Shown: in pieces, positions 39,666 through 50,135 of the stretch
Layout: every line of letters begins with the position of its first letter
Position numbering within the stretch: position 1 is the first letter of the stretch
Assembly: GCA_965228575.1 (NCBI GenBank)
Contig: CBDDHW010000007.1
Coordinates: 6,076 to 70,075 of the forward strand
Source of the DNA: Rhodospirillaceae bacterium
GTDB lineage: Bacteria; Pseudomonadota; Alphaproteobacteria; Rhodospirillales; Rhodospirillaceae
Direction of reading: 5' to 3'
DNA: 64,000 nt
Program-made: the position numbers and the translations under genes
The notes under the pieces: model-generated
Told to the model about the DNA's origin: nothing
Database searches by the model: none
Seen by the model: the letters and a program-made list of their open reading frames with translations, nothing else

Positions 39666-42122
39666 TAAAACTTGGGTGGGGTCAAAGATTCGAAATCAAA
39701 CGTGGTGGCTGGCTCACCGGGTACCTTAGGCCGGCCATAATTCATGATGTCGCCAGTCAACGGATTGAAAGTGGCGTTCACATCAAACTCTTTATACCGC
39801 ATTCGCATCGCTTTCTCGATTTGCTCCTTTTTAGAACCCAAGAAACCCGCATCGTCGCGCCATTCCAATCCCGTCCCGCCGCGTTGATCGGCTTCGTCGA
39901 GATATCCAATAAGTTGCCGAACGGAAATAAACCGAACGTCTAAGGGCCAGGTGCCGATGAACATCGTAGGGTCAATCCCTAAAACAACTATCCCGGGCTT
40001 TGTGCGCCCGTTCTCATACGCGAGGCGCAACATGCAGTAGGCTTCTTCGATGTTGACGTTTGAGCCACTAAAATTGAAGGACGGTACGCCCAATTTTGCT
40101 GCGGATGCGCCGCGCAACGCGAATGATCGCGATGACCCGAGTATTAAACCGTCAAAATTGCGTTCGCTTTCGAGAAAATAATTCACCTTTACTTGTCGAT
40201 CGCTGATCACCGCGGGCGGGCGGGCTTTGGCCTTATGTCCAGTTTTGAGCAGCGCCTCAATGTTTGAAATGGTGTTGTAGGACTCGTAGTTGACATCTCC
40301 TGGCATTGGTAGGGAGGTATCGAATTGAGTCTCAAGCTCCAAAATGAGACCTGTTAAGCCAAGTGAATCAATCAGGCCAGATGTCAAAAGGGGCGCGCTT
40401 GGCTCGGTGACCCATTTTCCGCACACCTTAGAAATACATTCTCGAATGATGTCAGCTGGATTATCCGACTGTGGGTTCGCAGCTTTGCGCGCTGCATTAC
40501 GACCTTCAAGATAGCGGTCGCGATTCATACCCCGCGCAATTTTCCCGGATGTTGATTTTCTCAGCCATCGCGGTTCGACAATTGACACATCAGCCAATGC
40601 GATATCGAAAACCGACGTCACGTCTTCAGCAATTGTTCGCGCCAACCTTTCAGCTTGCGGCCCCCCATGGGATTCTGACTCCGCCACAACAACGGCGGAT
40701 TCCGTTCCCTTCTGACCATCGGGTACTCCAAAGACAACACAGCGGCCGGGAATGACGCCGCTGACATCATTAACAACGGTCTCAATGTCTTGAGGATAAA
40801 TATTGCGGCCCGCGGTGATAATCAGGTCTTTTGATCGCCCTGTGACGAACACCTCTCCCTCAGAAATGAAACCCAGATCACCGGTCATAAAGTAAGAACC
40901 ATTGAAAGATTGAGCTGTCGCTTTAGGGTTTTCGAAGTACCCATCCATGAGAGAGGGACTTTTTACGCCGATTTCTCCTACATGGCCGCCGCTGAGCTCT
41001 GTGCCGTTCTCGCCGAAAATCCGAACAGAGGTTTCGTCTAAGACTTGTCCGCAGGAAACTATTGGATCATCACCAGGTTCAATCGGTGCTCCGACGGTCA
41101 TCGCGGCCCGATTGAGGCGCGCGAGATGTGGCGTGCGCCCGAAGCCTCCGGACGTAATGGCAAAAGTTGTTTCAGCCATGGCGTAGGAGACTGCGAGGGC
41201 TTCGCGTTTAAGGCCGTTTCTTGAAAACGCGTTAAAGAAAAGATCGTGACTATCCTGAGAAACAGGTTCCGAGCAATTTACGACCCCGCGTAAGGACGAC
41301 AAATTCAGATCGTTTAAATTTTGCTTGCGGCTCGTGCGGGCGAGAAGGTTGTATGCGAAATTGGGCAACCAACACAGTGTGCCCATGTCTTTCGAAATTG
41401 TCTCCATGAGCATCATAGGCTTTTGGATCCATTCGAAAGGCGACATCAAAGTCACGGGAGTTGCTGTTAACAGCGGGAGCATTAGCGCAGTTATAAGACC
41501 CATATCGTGATACAGAGGCAGCCAGCTCACGATATGATCTTCCGGAGTTAATTGGATTGCTTTGGCATAGGCCCCTACTTGCCAGAGAAGTTGTTTCTCG
41601 GTGATGCAGACGCCTTTTTTGGCACCGGTTGTGCCCGAGCTGTATTGGATGAATAACGGCGGCGAGGATTTGATAAAAATCTGCCCAGGGGGGGCGTCTA
41701 GGGTAAATCATCGTTGCTTGCAACCCGTTGGCCGACCGCTTGGCTGAGGAGGACACAAAAGTCGGGATCCCCTACCACTAGAGCGGGCCGCGCATTGGCT
41801 ATCAGCGGCAAAAGAGTGCGGGCAAAGTCGGTAATCGAGAGCTTGGCTGAAGGATGCGCTGAGATTATCGGCACGCGGCCTGTCAAAAGGGCACCAACCG
41901 CATACAGAAAAACTTCTATTGGATCAGAGAGGACGAGAACAACAGTTTGACCTCTGTCGACGTTGAACTTGTCGAATAGGGCCGATTTTTTTAGGGCGCT
42001 TTCGATCGCCGATCGATACGAATATTCTTCGGTTTCGCGGTCGTTCGTAACAATCCGCAAAAAGGCTTGTCGCCGGAGTGATCAAGGTGAGATTGAATGC
42101 GCGCCGCGATAGTTTTTGACAT
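39665..42122 (-). pseudogene. Fatty-acyl-AMP-ligase-like adenylation domain + carrier (PP-binding) domain + N-half of an SGNH/DltD-like domain; two internal frameshifts
   Basis: ATG at 42122 gives MSKTIAARIQSHLDHSGDKPF; then (A5 42059-42063) LRIVTNDRETEEYSY...; then (G3 41701-41703) ...FIQYSSGTTGAKKGVCITEKQLL...SWLPLYHDMGL...TGDLG..GRSKDLII.GRNIYPQDIE...; carrier motif LIDSLGL; then LILGSSRSF. Confidence 0.7.
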
Positions 42123-42239
42123 CACGCGAATTCGCTCGTGCATTTCCAACCACGTATCATGATTGGACCATAGCCTTGTTTCTAGAAGTCCGACAAGCGC
42201 CGGCCTTTAGCTGATTGTGACCGCGCGTTCGCAAAAAAC

Positions 42240-44039
42240 TTAGGCCGCGGTCCCGAACAAATCGTCCTCGATGTCCATGATGCTTGAACCACCTGCAAGG
42301 ATGGAGGACAAGAGCGCGCCGGTTTGCGGTAGGACCTTGGTCATATAGAACCTGGCCGTCGCGAGTTTCCCTTTGTAAAAGCCTGTGGGGTCGTCGTCTT
42401 GCTTAGTAAGGGCGAGTTTGGTCGTACGGGCCCACATAAAACCGACCGCGACATAGCTTGTCAGTTTGAGAAGGTCGGTGGCCGCTGCGCCCGCTTCGTT
42501 GGGGTTGGACATTCCTTTTTGTGCGACCGCACCGACGGCCTGCTGCAGGCGACCAAAGGATTTTGCGAGCGCAATGATGGTGTCTTCCATCGCCGGGTCC
42601 GACGCATTGTCTTCAATGAATTGTTGGACCGGATGAAAGAAGGCGCGCATATAGCGGCCATAGTGGGCGGTCATCTTGCGCCCCACGAAATCAAGGGCTT
42701 GGATGCCGTTGGTTCCTTCGTACAGCTGGGTGATACGAGCGTCGCGAACAAATTGTTCCATGCCGTGCTCACGAATGTATCCATGCCCGCCGTAAATCTG
42801 CACGCCGAGATTGGCGTTCTCAAAACCTGTGTCCGTTCCAAACGCTTTGATGACAGGTGTGAGCAGTTGAACCAAATCATCGTTACGTTGGCGCTCGGCG
42901 TCGTCTTCGGTTTTTTCCGCGCGGTCTTGAGCGATCGCAACCCACATCACCAGCGCGCGCATGCCTTCGGTGAGGGATTTCATGGTCAGTAGGTTTTTGC
43001 GCACATCGGGATGAACGAGGAGGGGGTCAGCAGGTTTGTCGGGCTGGGCCGCGCCGGTCAGGCCGCGCCCTTGCAGGCGTTCGCGCGCATATTCCAGTGC
43101 GCTTTGGTAGGCAACTTCCGATAAGCCGAGACCTTGCACACCGACGCCAAGCCGTGCGGTGTTCATCATCGCAAACATAGCGCGCATGCCCTTATGCTTT
43201 TCGCCGACCAGCCACCCTTGGGCTTGGTCGAAATTCATGACGCAGGTGCTGGACGCTTTGATCCCCATTTTGTGTTCAATCGACCCGCAGGCCACACCAT
43301 TGCGCGGTCCAACGCTGCCATCGTCTTTGGGAAGAAATTTTGGCACAACGAAATAAACTAATGCCTTTGATGCCCGGCGGTGCATCGGGCAGTTTCGCAA
43401 GCACCAAATGGACGATGTTATCCGTCAGATCGTGTTCGCCCGCGGAAATAAAAATCTTAGTGCCGGTAATTTTAACACTGCCGTCGTCTTGGAGGTTCGG
43501 CTTTTGTTCGGATGAGGCCGAGATCGGTTCCGCAGTGGGGGTTCGGTCAGGCACATGGTGCCGCTCCACGACCCTTCGACGAACTTGGGCAGATAAAGTT
43601 GTTTCTGTGCCTCGGTTCCGTAAAGTTTGAGTGCGTTGTAGGCGCCGTGGGTGAGTCCCGGGTACATGCCGAATGACATGTTGGCCGAACAAATCATTTC
43701 CTCAACCAACATATTAACGGATACCGGGAGACCTTGGCCGCCATATTCGGGATCAGCGGCAATCCCCGTCCAGCCGCCGTCCTTGAATTGAGTGTAGGCC
43801 TCTTTGAACCCCGCCGGTGTACGCACCACGCCGTTTTCATAAGTGCAGCCCTCGATATCACCAGGCAAATTGAGTGGAAACAAAACTTCCGCAGCAAGTT
43901 TACCAGCTTCCTCGAGGACGGCGTCGACAACGTCAGAAGAGAAATCTTCGTAGCCAGGAAGTTCTTGCAGTTCGTCGCCGTTAAAAAGTTCGTGGTAGAC
44001 GAATTTCATGTCACGAAGAGGCGCCGTATACGTGGCCAT
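42240..44039 (-). pseudogene. Long (about 595 aa) acyl-CoA dehydrogenase, interrupted by three 1-nt frameshifts
   Basis: Pieces read MATYTAPLRDMKFVYHELF...MCLTEP | [12 protein letters not shown] | [25 protein letters not shown]...GISLF | [33 protein letters not shown]...YEGTNGIQALD... Junctions are at G5 43537-43541, T4 43502-43505 and A3 43351-43353. Confidence 0.85.
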
Positions 44040-44053
44040 AGCGGTACTCCTGA

Positions 44054-46397
44054 TTAATTCCTTAGCGGTTTGCCGGTATCGAGCATGTGCTCCATACGTG
44101 CGAGCGAGGCCTCGTTTCGGGCAAGGCCAATGAACGCATCGCGTTCAAGTTTAAGGAGGTCTTTTTTCTGAAAGGGTTTCTGTCTGATCGGTGTTGCCGC
44201 CGCTCAGAACGCCGGCCAAGGCTGTGGCAACAACTTGATCGTGAGCGGTGGCCTTGCCTTGCAGGGCCAGTGTATCGAGCGCCAGCTTTAACCCCGCTGC
44301 ACCACCCGGCCCGGGGAGGGAAATTTCAGCACTCTCAGGCGGCGTATAATCCTCGGCCAATTTTAGAGCTTTGGCTTTTGCATCTGCGAGGACGCGGTCG
44401 CGGTTCATGGTGATTCCGTCTTCACGCCGCAAAATCCCCATTTCTTTTGCTTGCGCTGCGGAGCGAGAGACTTGAGCGGTGCCGATCAGCTCAAACGTCT
44501 TAGCGACCGCCGCCATGGGCCCGCGAGGGATTTTCGGGTTGCTCTTAAAGCGCAGCAGCATTTCTTTGCAGCCGCCCCAGGCCGGAATAACGCCGACACC
44601 AACTTCAACGAGGCCGGTGTAGGTTTCAGCGTGGGCTTGGACGGCGTCCGAGTGCAGGAGGATTTCGCAGCCACCGCCTAAAGCCATTCCGTGCGGCGCG
44701 GACACAACCGGGAAGGGAGCGTATTTAAGCGCAAGATGTGTTTTTTGCCCGTCTTCTATTTGGCTTTCGAGTTCACCCCATACGGCGATGTTGGCGGCAA
44801 ACAACATTAGACCGACATTGGCCCCGACGGAAAAATTTGAGCCGTCATTGTAAACGACCAAGGCTTTCCACTTGCCGTCCGTATCCTTTTTGAAGAGCTT
44901 CAGGACGTCCTTGTAGGCTGCAATGGTCATGGGATCGAGACTGTTGGCGCGCGATGTGAACTCCAAACACAGGACTCCGTCACCAATATCCCAAATTTTG
45001 GCCGAGGGGTTCTTTAAGACGGGTTTGGACGTGAGTTTAACGTCCGAGAGTTTCAGGACGCCGTCAGGCCATGTGACATCGGTGTAGGTTCCATCAGATG
45101 TCAGGTACTGCCTTGCGTTGTTCTCTAGGCGATAAAATCCACCTTTGTCCGCGGCTAATTTTAACAAAGCAGGGACTTCAATTTTTTCGGCGTCGAGTTT
45201 TTCAACCAACCAGGTGGCGTCAATTTCATCGATGATTTCAAACGGGCCCTTTGTCCAGCCGTATCCATCTTTCATGGCTTCGTCGACGTCGAATATCGTA
45301 TCGGCGATTTCTGGGACGAGACCAGCGGTGTAGACGAGAGCTTGGCTCACCATGGCCCACGCAAATCGTCCCCCTTTGTCATCGGTTTCTAGGAGGGCTT
45401 TCAGTCCGCCTTTTTTTGATGCGGATAGACTCGCAAGACGCGCCTTTACCGAGGTGGCGTACTTCGCAGTATTAAGATCGATACTCTCTTTGACGCGCTG
45501 ACCGCCCTCTTTATTGAGGCGGTAAAATCCACCCGGACCTTTGCGGCCAATCCAACCCTTTTCGATCATAGATTTTATAATCGGAGGTTCGGTTGCAATG
45601 CGGTGGTAGTCGTCGCTCTTCGGGAGCAGTGAGCGCATGGACTTCGCGATATGGGGGATCAGGTCGAGACCCACTAAGTCCATAAGCGCGAAGAATCCTG
45701 TTTTTGGAATCCCGAATGGACGTGATCCAACGGCATCGGCCTCTTCTACGGTAAGATTGTATTCAAGCGTGTGCTTGAGTCCGCACTGGAGCCAATAGGT
45801 GCCAATGCGATTCGCAATAAAACCTGGCGTGTCGTTGCAAAGCACGACCCCTTTTCCAAGATGAACGTCGCCAAAATCGCGAATGATTTGGACCACGTCC
45901 GAACGGGTTTGGTCCGATGCAACTATTTCCAGCAGGCGCATATAGCGCGGCGGATTGAAAAAGTGCGTGATCAGAAAGTCGGGCACCATTGAAGCGGGCA
46001 TGCCGCCGGTGAGTTCTTTCAGTGGAATTGTTGAGGTGTTGGACGAAACGATGGAGCCTTTTTTGCGGGCACCCTCGATCTTCTTGTAAAGGTCTTGTTT
46101 GAGATCCAGGCGCTCGATGATGGCTTCGACGATCCAATCGCACTCACCAAGTAAGTCGAGGTTGTCTTCAATATTGCCGGTGGTGACTAATGACGCGTTG
46201 CGTTTCGACATAAACGGCGCGGGGTCCGTCTTCAGCATCTTTGCCACCGCACCTTCGGCAATGGCGTTTCTATTTTCGCCGTCTTTGGGAACGATATCGA
46301 GGAGCACCACGGGAATACCCGCATTGGTGATGTGTGCGGCAATACTTGCCCCCATCACCCCGGCGCCGATTACAGCCGCTTTTTTGATTTCAGCCAT
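44054..46397 (-). pseudogene. Bifunctional 3-hydroxyacyl-CoA dehydrogenase (N-terminal) / enoyl-CoA hydratase (C-terminal); a frameshift truncates the last ~35 codons
   Basis: Start at MAEIKKAAVIGAGVMGA. The ECH part is in the C-terminal half. At T6 44162-44167 the frame breaks. With one base fewer the reading continues EKDLLKLERDAFIGLARNEASLARMEHMLDTGKPLRN* to a stop at 44054. Confidence 0.85.
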
Positions 46398-46411
46398 CCG
46401 TTTGCTCCTGC

Positions 46412-47548
46412 CTAAAGAGCTTCGAGGATGGTGGCGATGCCTTGTCCGCCGCCCATACACATTGTGGCGAGAGCGAATTTTTTCTTCTCACGCTTGAGCA
46501 ATGTCGCAGCTTTGCCGGTAATGCGTCCGCCCGATGCACCCAACGGATGCCCAAGAGCGATCGCGCCGCCGTCGATATTGGTTTTGCTGAGATCTAGGTC
46601 AAGATCGTGAACAACGGCGAGACTTTGGGCAGCAAAGGCTTCGTTGAGTTCAATAATGTCCATTTGATCCAGTTTCATGCCGGCACGCTTAAGAGCCTTG
46701 TTCGTGGCTTCGACGGGACCAATCCCCATGATCTCCGGTGCGCATCCGGACAGGGCCATCGATACAATGCGCGCTATCGGTGTGAGCCCATTTTTTGCGG
46801 CGTAGTCTTCCGAGCACACAAGAACAGCGGAGGCGCCATCGGTAAGCGGCGATGACGTACCCGCCGTCACCGAACCTGTGTCCTTAAACGCCGGTTTCAA
46901 GCCGGCCAGTCCTTCGAGCGATGTGTCGGGCCGGATACATCCATCCGTATCGACCAATCCCCCTTCACCCTCGACCGGGACAATCTCGTCTTTGAATTTC
47001 CCCTCTGATTGAGCTTTGGCCGCGCGCGTTTGACTTTCAAGGGCGAATGCCTCTTGTTTCTCGCGCGGAATTTTATACTTCTCGGCTAGATTCTCGGCGG
47101 TCTCGCCCATAGAGATGTAAGCGTGATGCCCGGCGTTCACGAGTTTCGGATTAGGCATCGGATTGAACCCGGGGATGGGCACGCGGGTCATGCTTTCAAT
47201 ACCAGCGCAAATAAACGCATCGCCAGCCCCCGTAGCGATGGCACCAGTTGCTTGGTGGATCGCTTGCATAGACGATCCGCAAAACCGGTTGATGGTTTGA
47301 CCGGCGACGCTGTTTGGGAGACCTGCGAGAAACACGACATTGCGGCCAATGTTTAATCCCTGCTCGGCTTCCGGAAATACACACCCCATGGACAGGTCTT
47401 CAATGTCCTCAGGATTGACCTTTGTGTTTTCGAGCAACCCTTTGACAACGGTTGCGGCGATATCGTCGGGGCGTGATTTACGCAACGCGCCTTTACTCGC
47501 CAGAGTAAAAGCGGAGCGGTTGTAGCCCGCGATTACAGCATTGGTCAT
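46412..47548 (-). CDS. Acetyl-CoA C-acyltransferase (thiolase)
   Basis: 378 aa with active-site contexts INRFCGSSMQA, NEAFAAQ and ATMCMGGGQG. Confidence 0.92.
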   Translation of the reverse strand: MTNAVIAGYNRSAFTLASKGALRKSRPDDIAATVVKGLLENTKVNPEDIEDLSMGCVFPEAEQGLNIGRNVVFLAGLPNSVAGQTINRFCGSSMQAIHQATGAIATGAGDAFICAGIESMTRVPIPGFNPMPNPKLVNAGHHAYISMGETAENLAEKYKIPREKQEAFALESQTRAAKAQSEGKFKDEIVPVEGEGGLVDTDGCIRPDTSLEGLAGLKPAFKDTGSVTAGTSSPLTDGASAVLVCSEDYAAKNGLTPIARIVSMALSGCAPEIMGIGPVEATNKALKRAGMKLDQMDIIELNEAFAAQSLAVVHDLDLDLSKTNIDGGAIALGHPLGASGGRITGKAATLLKREKKKFALATMCMGGGQGIATILEAL

Positions 47549-47605
47549 TTGAAGTGCTCCCTTTGAATTGCGCCCATATGCAGGTGGGCGTTCAAGTTTA
47601 TCTTT

Positions 47606-49306
47606 TTATCCGTTGGCGGTCTTCGCCTTTACATGCTCTTCCTTGAGTTCTTTTTTTGACAGTTTCCCTATGAGTGTCTTGGGAAGTTCGTCGCGAAATT
47701 CGAAGTGTTCGGGAATTTCAATGGGCGACAGTTTGTCTTTCAGGAAATGGACCATCTCTTGTTCCGCGAGTTCTTTGCCCTTTTTAACTTTTATGTAGGC
47801 TTTTGGCGTTTGCCCGCGATAGGGATCATCCACTCCAATCACAACAACTTCTTCCACTGACGGGTGCAGTTGAACGGCTTCCTCGACGATCCGCGGGTAA
47901 ACTTTATATCCAGACGCGATGATCATGTCTTTGATGCGATCGACAATAAATATGTGACCGTCTTCATCCATATATCCGATGTCTCCGGTATGAAACGCGC
48001 CGCCCTTTAGGGCCTCAGCTGTTTCCTTCTCCCGGTTCCAGTACCCTTTCATAACCTGCGGACCACGAACACAGATCTCTCCTTTTTCTCCCGGGCCAAC
48101 GAGGGTGTCATTTTCCAAAGACCGAATCTCTACGATCGTACCAGGCATCGGCAAGCCTACGGATCCGGGCTTATTTTCGCCCACGGTCGGATTTGTGCAC
48201 ACCACGGGAGAGGCTTCGCTTAGTCCATACCCTTCAACCACCACGCACCCTGTTCGCGTTTCGAATGTGTGTTTCACATCGACAGGTAAGGGGGCGCCTC
48301 CCGAAATGCACAATTTGAGAGAAGTTAAGTCATAGTCTTCGATGTCCGGATCATGATTGATGGCATTAAAAATTGTTGGCACTGCGGGAAACAAGGTCGG
48401 TTTTTTGCGGTCAATCGTTTTAAGGCAATCCTTTAATTCAAAGCGGGGCATCATGATGATTCGCGCGCCGTACTCCAAACCGCACAGAAGAATCACGGTC
48501 ATCGCAAACACATGAAAAAAGGGAAGGGCCGCGAGGAAACTCTCGTCGCCGTAACTGGGCTGGCTATTCCAGCATGCGACCTGCCGCGTATTCGCCGTTA
48601 AATTCGCGTGAGTGAGCATCGCGCCTTTGGGCAATCCGGTTGTACCGCCGGTATATTGTAGAACGGCGATATCGTTCAGAGGATCGATCTCTACCGGGTC
48701 AAATGTTCCGTCATTGTCGGTTAAATCCTCCCAGTGAATTTGGCGATCATCGTCGGTGATGTCCGACACACTCGATCGCTTAAAAAGATTAAACAGAATA
48801 GATGTGCCGAGCGGGAGCGCCTGAGACATCGAACATATAACGACCTTTTTAACGAGCCGGCTCTCGAGCAAAGATTGCGCTTTCGGATAGATTGCTGTGA
48901 GGTCCATGGCGACGAGGACATCTATTCCGGCATCAGCCGCCATGGTTTCCAATTCGCGCGTCGTGTACAGCGGATTCATATTCACAACTGTGCCGCCGAC
49001 CAAACTCGCTCCAAAAAACGCCGCGACGTAGTAGGGCGTGTTTGGGAGAAGCAATCCGACCCGGGTCCCTTTCTCTACACCAAGATCTTGGAACCCCTTG
49101 GCGGCTTTAGTCGCTAAGTCGAGGGTTTCAGAGTAAGTCCACTGGCGGCCCAAAAAATCCATGCACGGGTTTTGCGGGTACTTTTCGGCCGCATCGTCAA
49201 GTAATTTGAATACTGGCGTGGCCGGCAATGACATCGACCAATCGACGAAGTCGGGATAACTCTTTAGCCAGGGAAATGTCGCAGCATCTGCGTCGGTAGA
49301 ATCCAT
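47606..49306 (-). CDS. fadD: Long-chain-fatty-acid--CoA ligase
   Basis: Starts at MDSTDADAATFPWLKSYP. AMP-binding motifs YTGGTTGLPKGAMLTH, TGDIGYMDEDGHIFIVDRIKD and GKLSKKEL. Confidence 0.9.
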   Translation of the reverse strand: MDSTDADAATFPWLKSYPDFVDWSMSLPATPVFKLLDDAAEKYPQNPCMDFLGRQWTYSETLDLATKAAKGFQDLGVEKGTRVGLLLPNTPYYVAAFFGASLVGGTVVNMNPLYTTRELETMAADAGIDVLVAMDLTAIYPKAQSLLESRLVKKVVICSMSQALPLGTSILFNLFKRSSVSDITDDDRQIHWEDLTDNDGTFDPVEIDPLNDIAVLQYTGGTTGLPKGAMLTHANLTANTRQVACWNSQPSYGDESFLAALPFFHVFAMTVILLCGLEYGARIIMMPRFELKDCLKTIDRKKPTLFPAVPTIFNAINHDPDIEDYDLTSLKLCISGGAPLPVDVKHTFETRTGCVVVEGYGLSEASPVVCTNPTVGENKPGSVGLPMPGTIVEIRSLENDTLVGPGEKGEICVRGPQVMKGYWNREKETAEALKGGAFHTGDIGYMDEDGHIFIVDRIKDMIIASGYKVYPRIVEEAVQLHPSVEEVVVIGVDDPYRGQTPKAYIKVKKGKELAEQEMVHFLKDKLSPIEIPEHFEFRDELPKTLIGKLSKKELKEEHVKAKTANG

Positions 49307-49479
49307 GTATGTCCTATTTAAAGCCTGAGGCACGGGACGGAATGTGCGGACCATTGCCTATAAACACCTATGTTCATATTAAACATGTAGGTGTCTGAAC
49401 GCAGAAGAAAACTGGGTGAAATTAAGATCATTGCGATCCAGCCGCGACGCGCGTTTCGAAAGGTCAGGATTTGGTCACG

Positions 49480-49785
49480 TTAGCCCTCGAGTAAGCTCGA
49501 AAGCTTGAGGGCGATGCCCTTTGATCCAAAAACCTTCAATTTTCCCATAGTAAAAGCGACCATCGGATTCAGGTCTCCTTCGATCAGTTTTGCGAGGTCG
49601 TCTGACGATAATACGAGCGTGGTTTCAGCGTCGTCGTCGTCAGGGTTAGGCGTGATCACAACCTCACTTCCTGTTGCATCCAGCATGATTTTTCCGTCAT
49701 CGCCAAGGTCGAACAAAATGGTGTGGCCGAGCTCTTCGAGCTTATCTGCCTGTTCATTCATGGCTTTGATCAAGGTGTCCAACAT
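49480..49785 (-). CDS. SCP2 sterol/lipid-binding domain protein
   Basis: 101 aa ending ...LNPMVAFTMGKLKVFGSKGIALKLSSLL. Confidence 0.8.
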   Translation of the reverse strand: MLDTLIKAMNEQADKLEELGHTILFDLGDDGKIMLDATGSEVVITPNPDDDDAETTLVLSSDDLAKLIEGDLNPMVAFTMGKLKVFGSKGIALKLSSLLEG

Positions 49786-50135
49786 TGTATTTCAGTCCTT
49801 AATTTGGGAGGCTTGTTTCTTGAGGATACGTTGTAGAGACAGACGATCTATCCGCTAAGTGATTAAAACAACGCCATTTTTGGTTTTCTCGCGATAGTTT
49901 AAAACTCTGTCTATGCAAAATTACCACTACGTGCGACTACAGGCGCTCGTTTTTTCTCGATCTCGGGAGAGTTTCGCCGGGTTTCAGTCCTTAGAAATGC
50001 TGGAATTTCATGGCCTTAATTGACCTTCCCGCAGCAAAGAGATAGCTTTGGAAGAGGATACCGGGGCTTTTTCTGCCGTCGTGAGGAGGGTTACGCGGTA
50101 GGTTAGCTGCGAGCTTCGAACAGGACAGAGGTTAG

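Noticed and set aside
41250-41756. 168-aa minus-strand ORF within the FAAL-ACP gene
   Set aside because: It is an out-of-frame reading. The neighbouring frame gives canonical adenylation motifs (FIQYSSGTTGAKKG).
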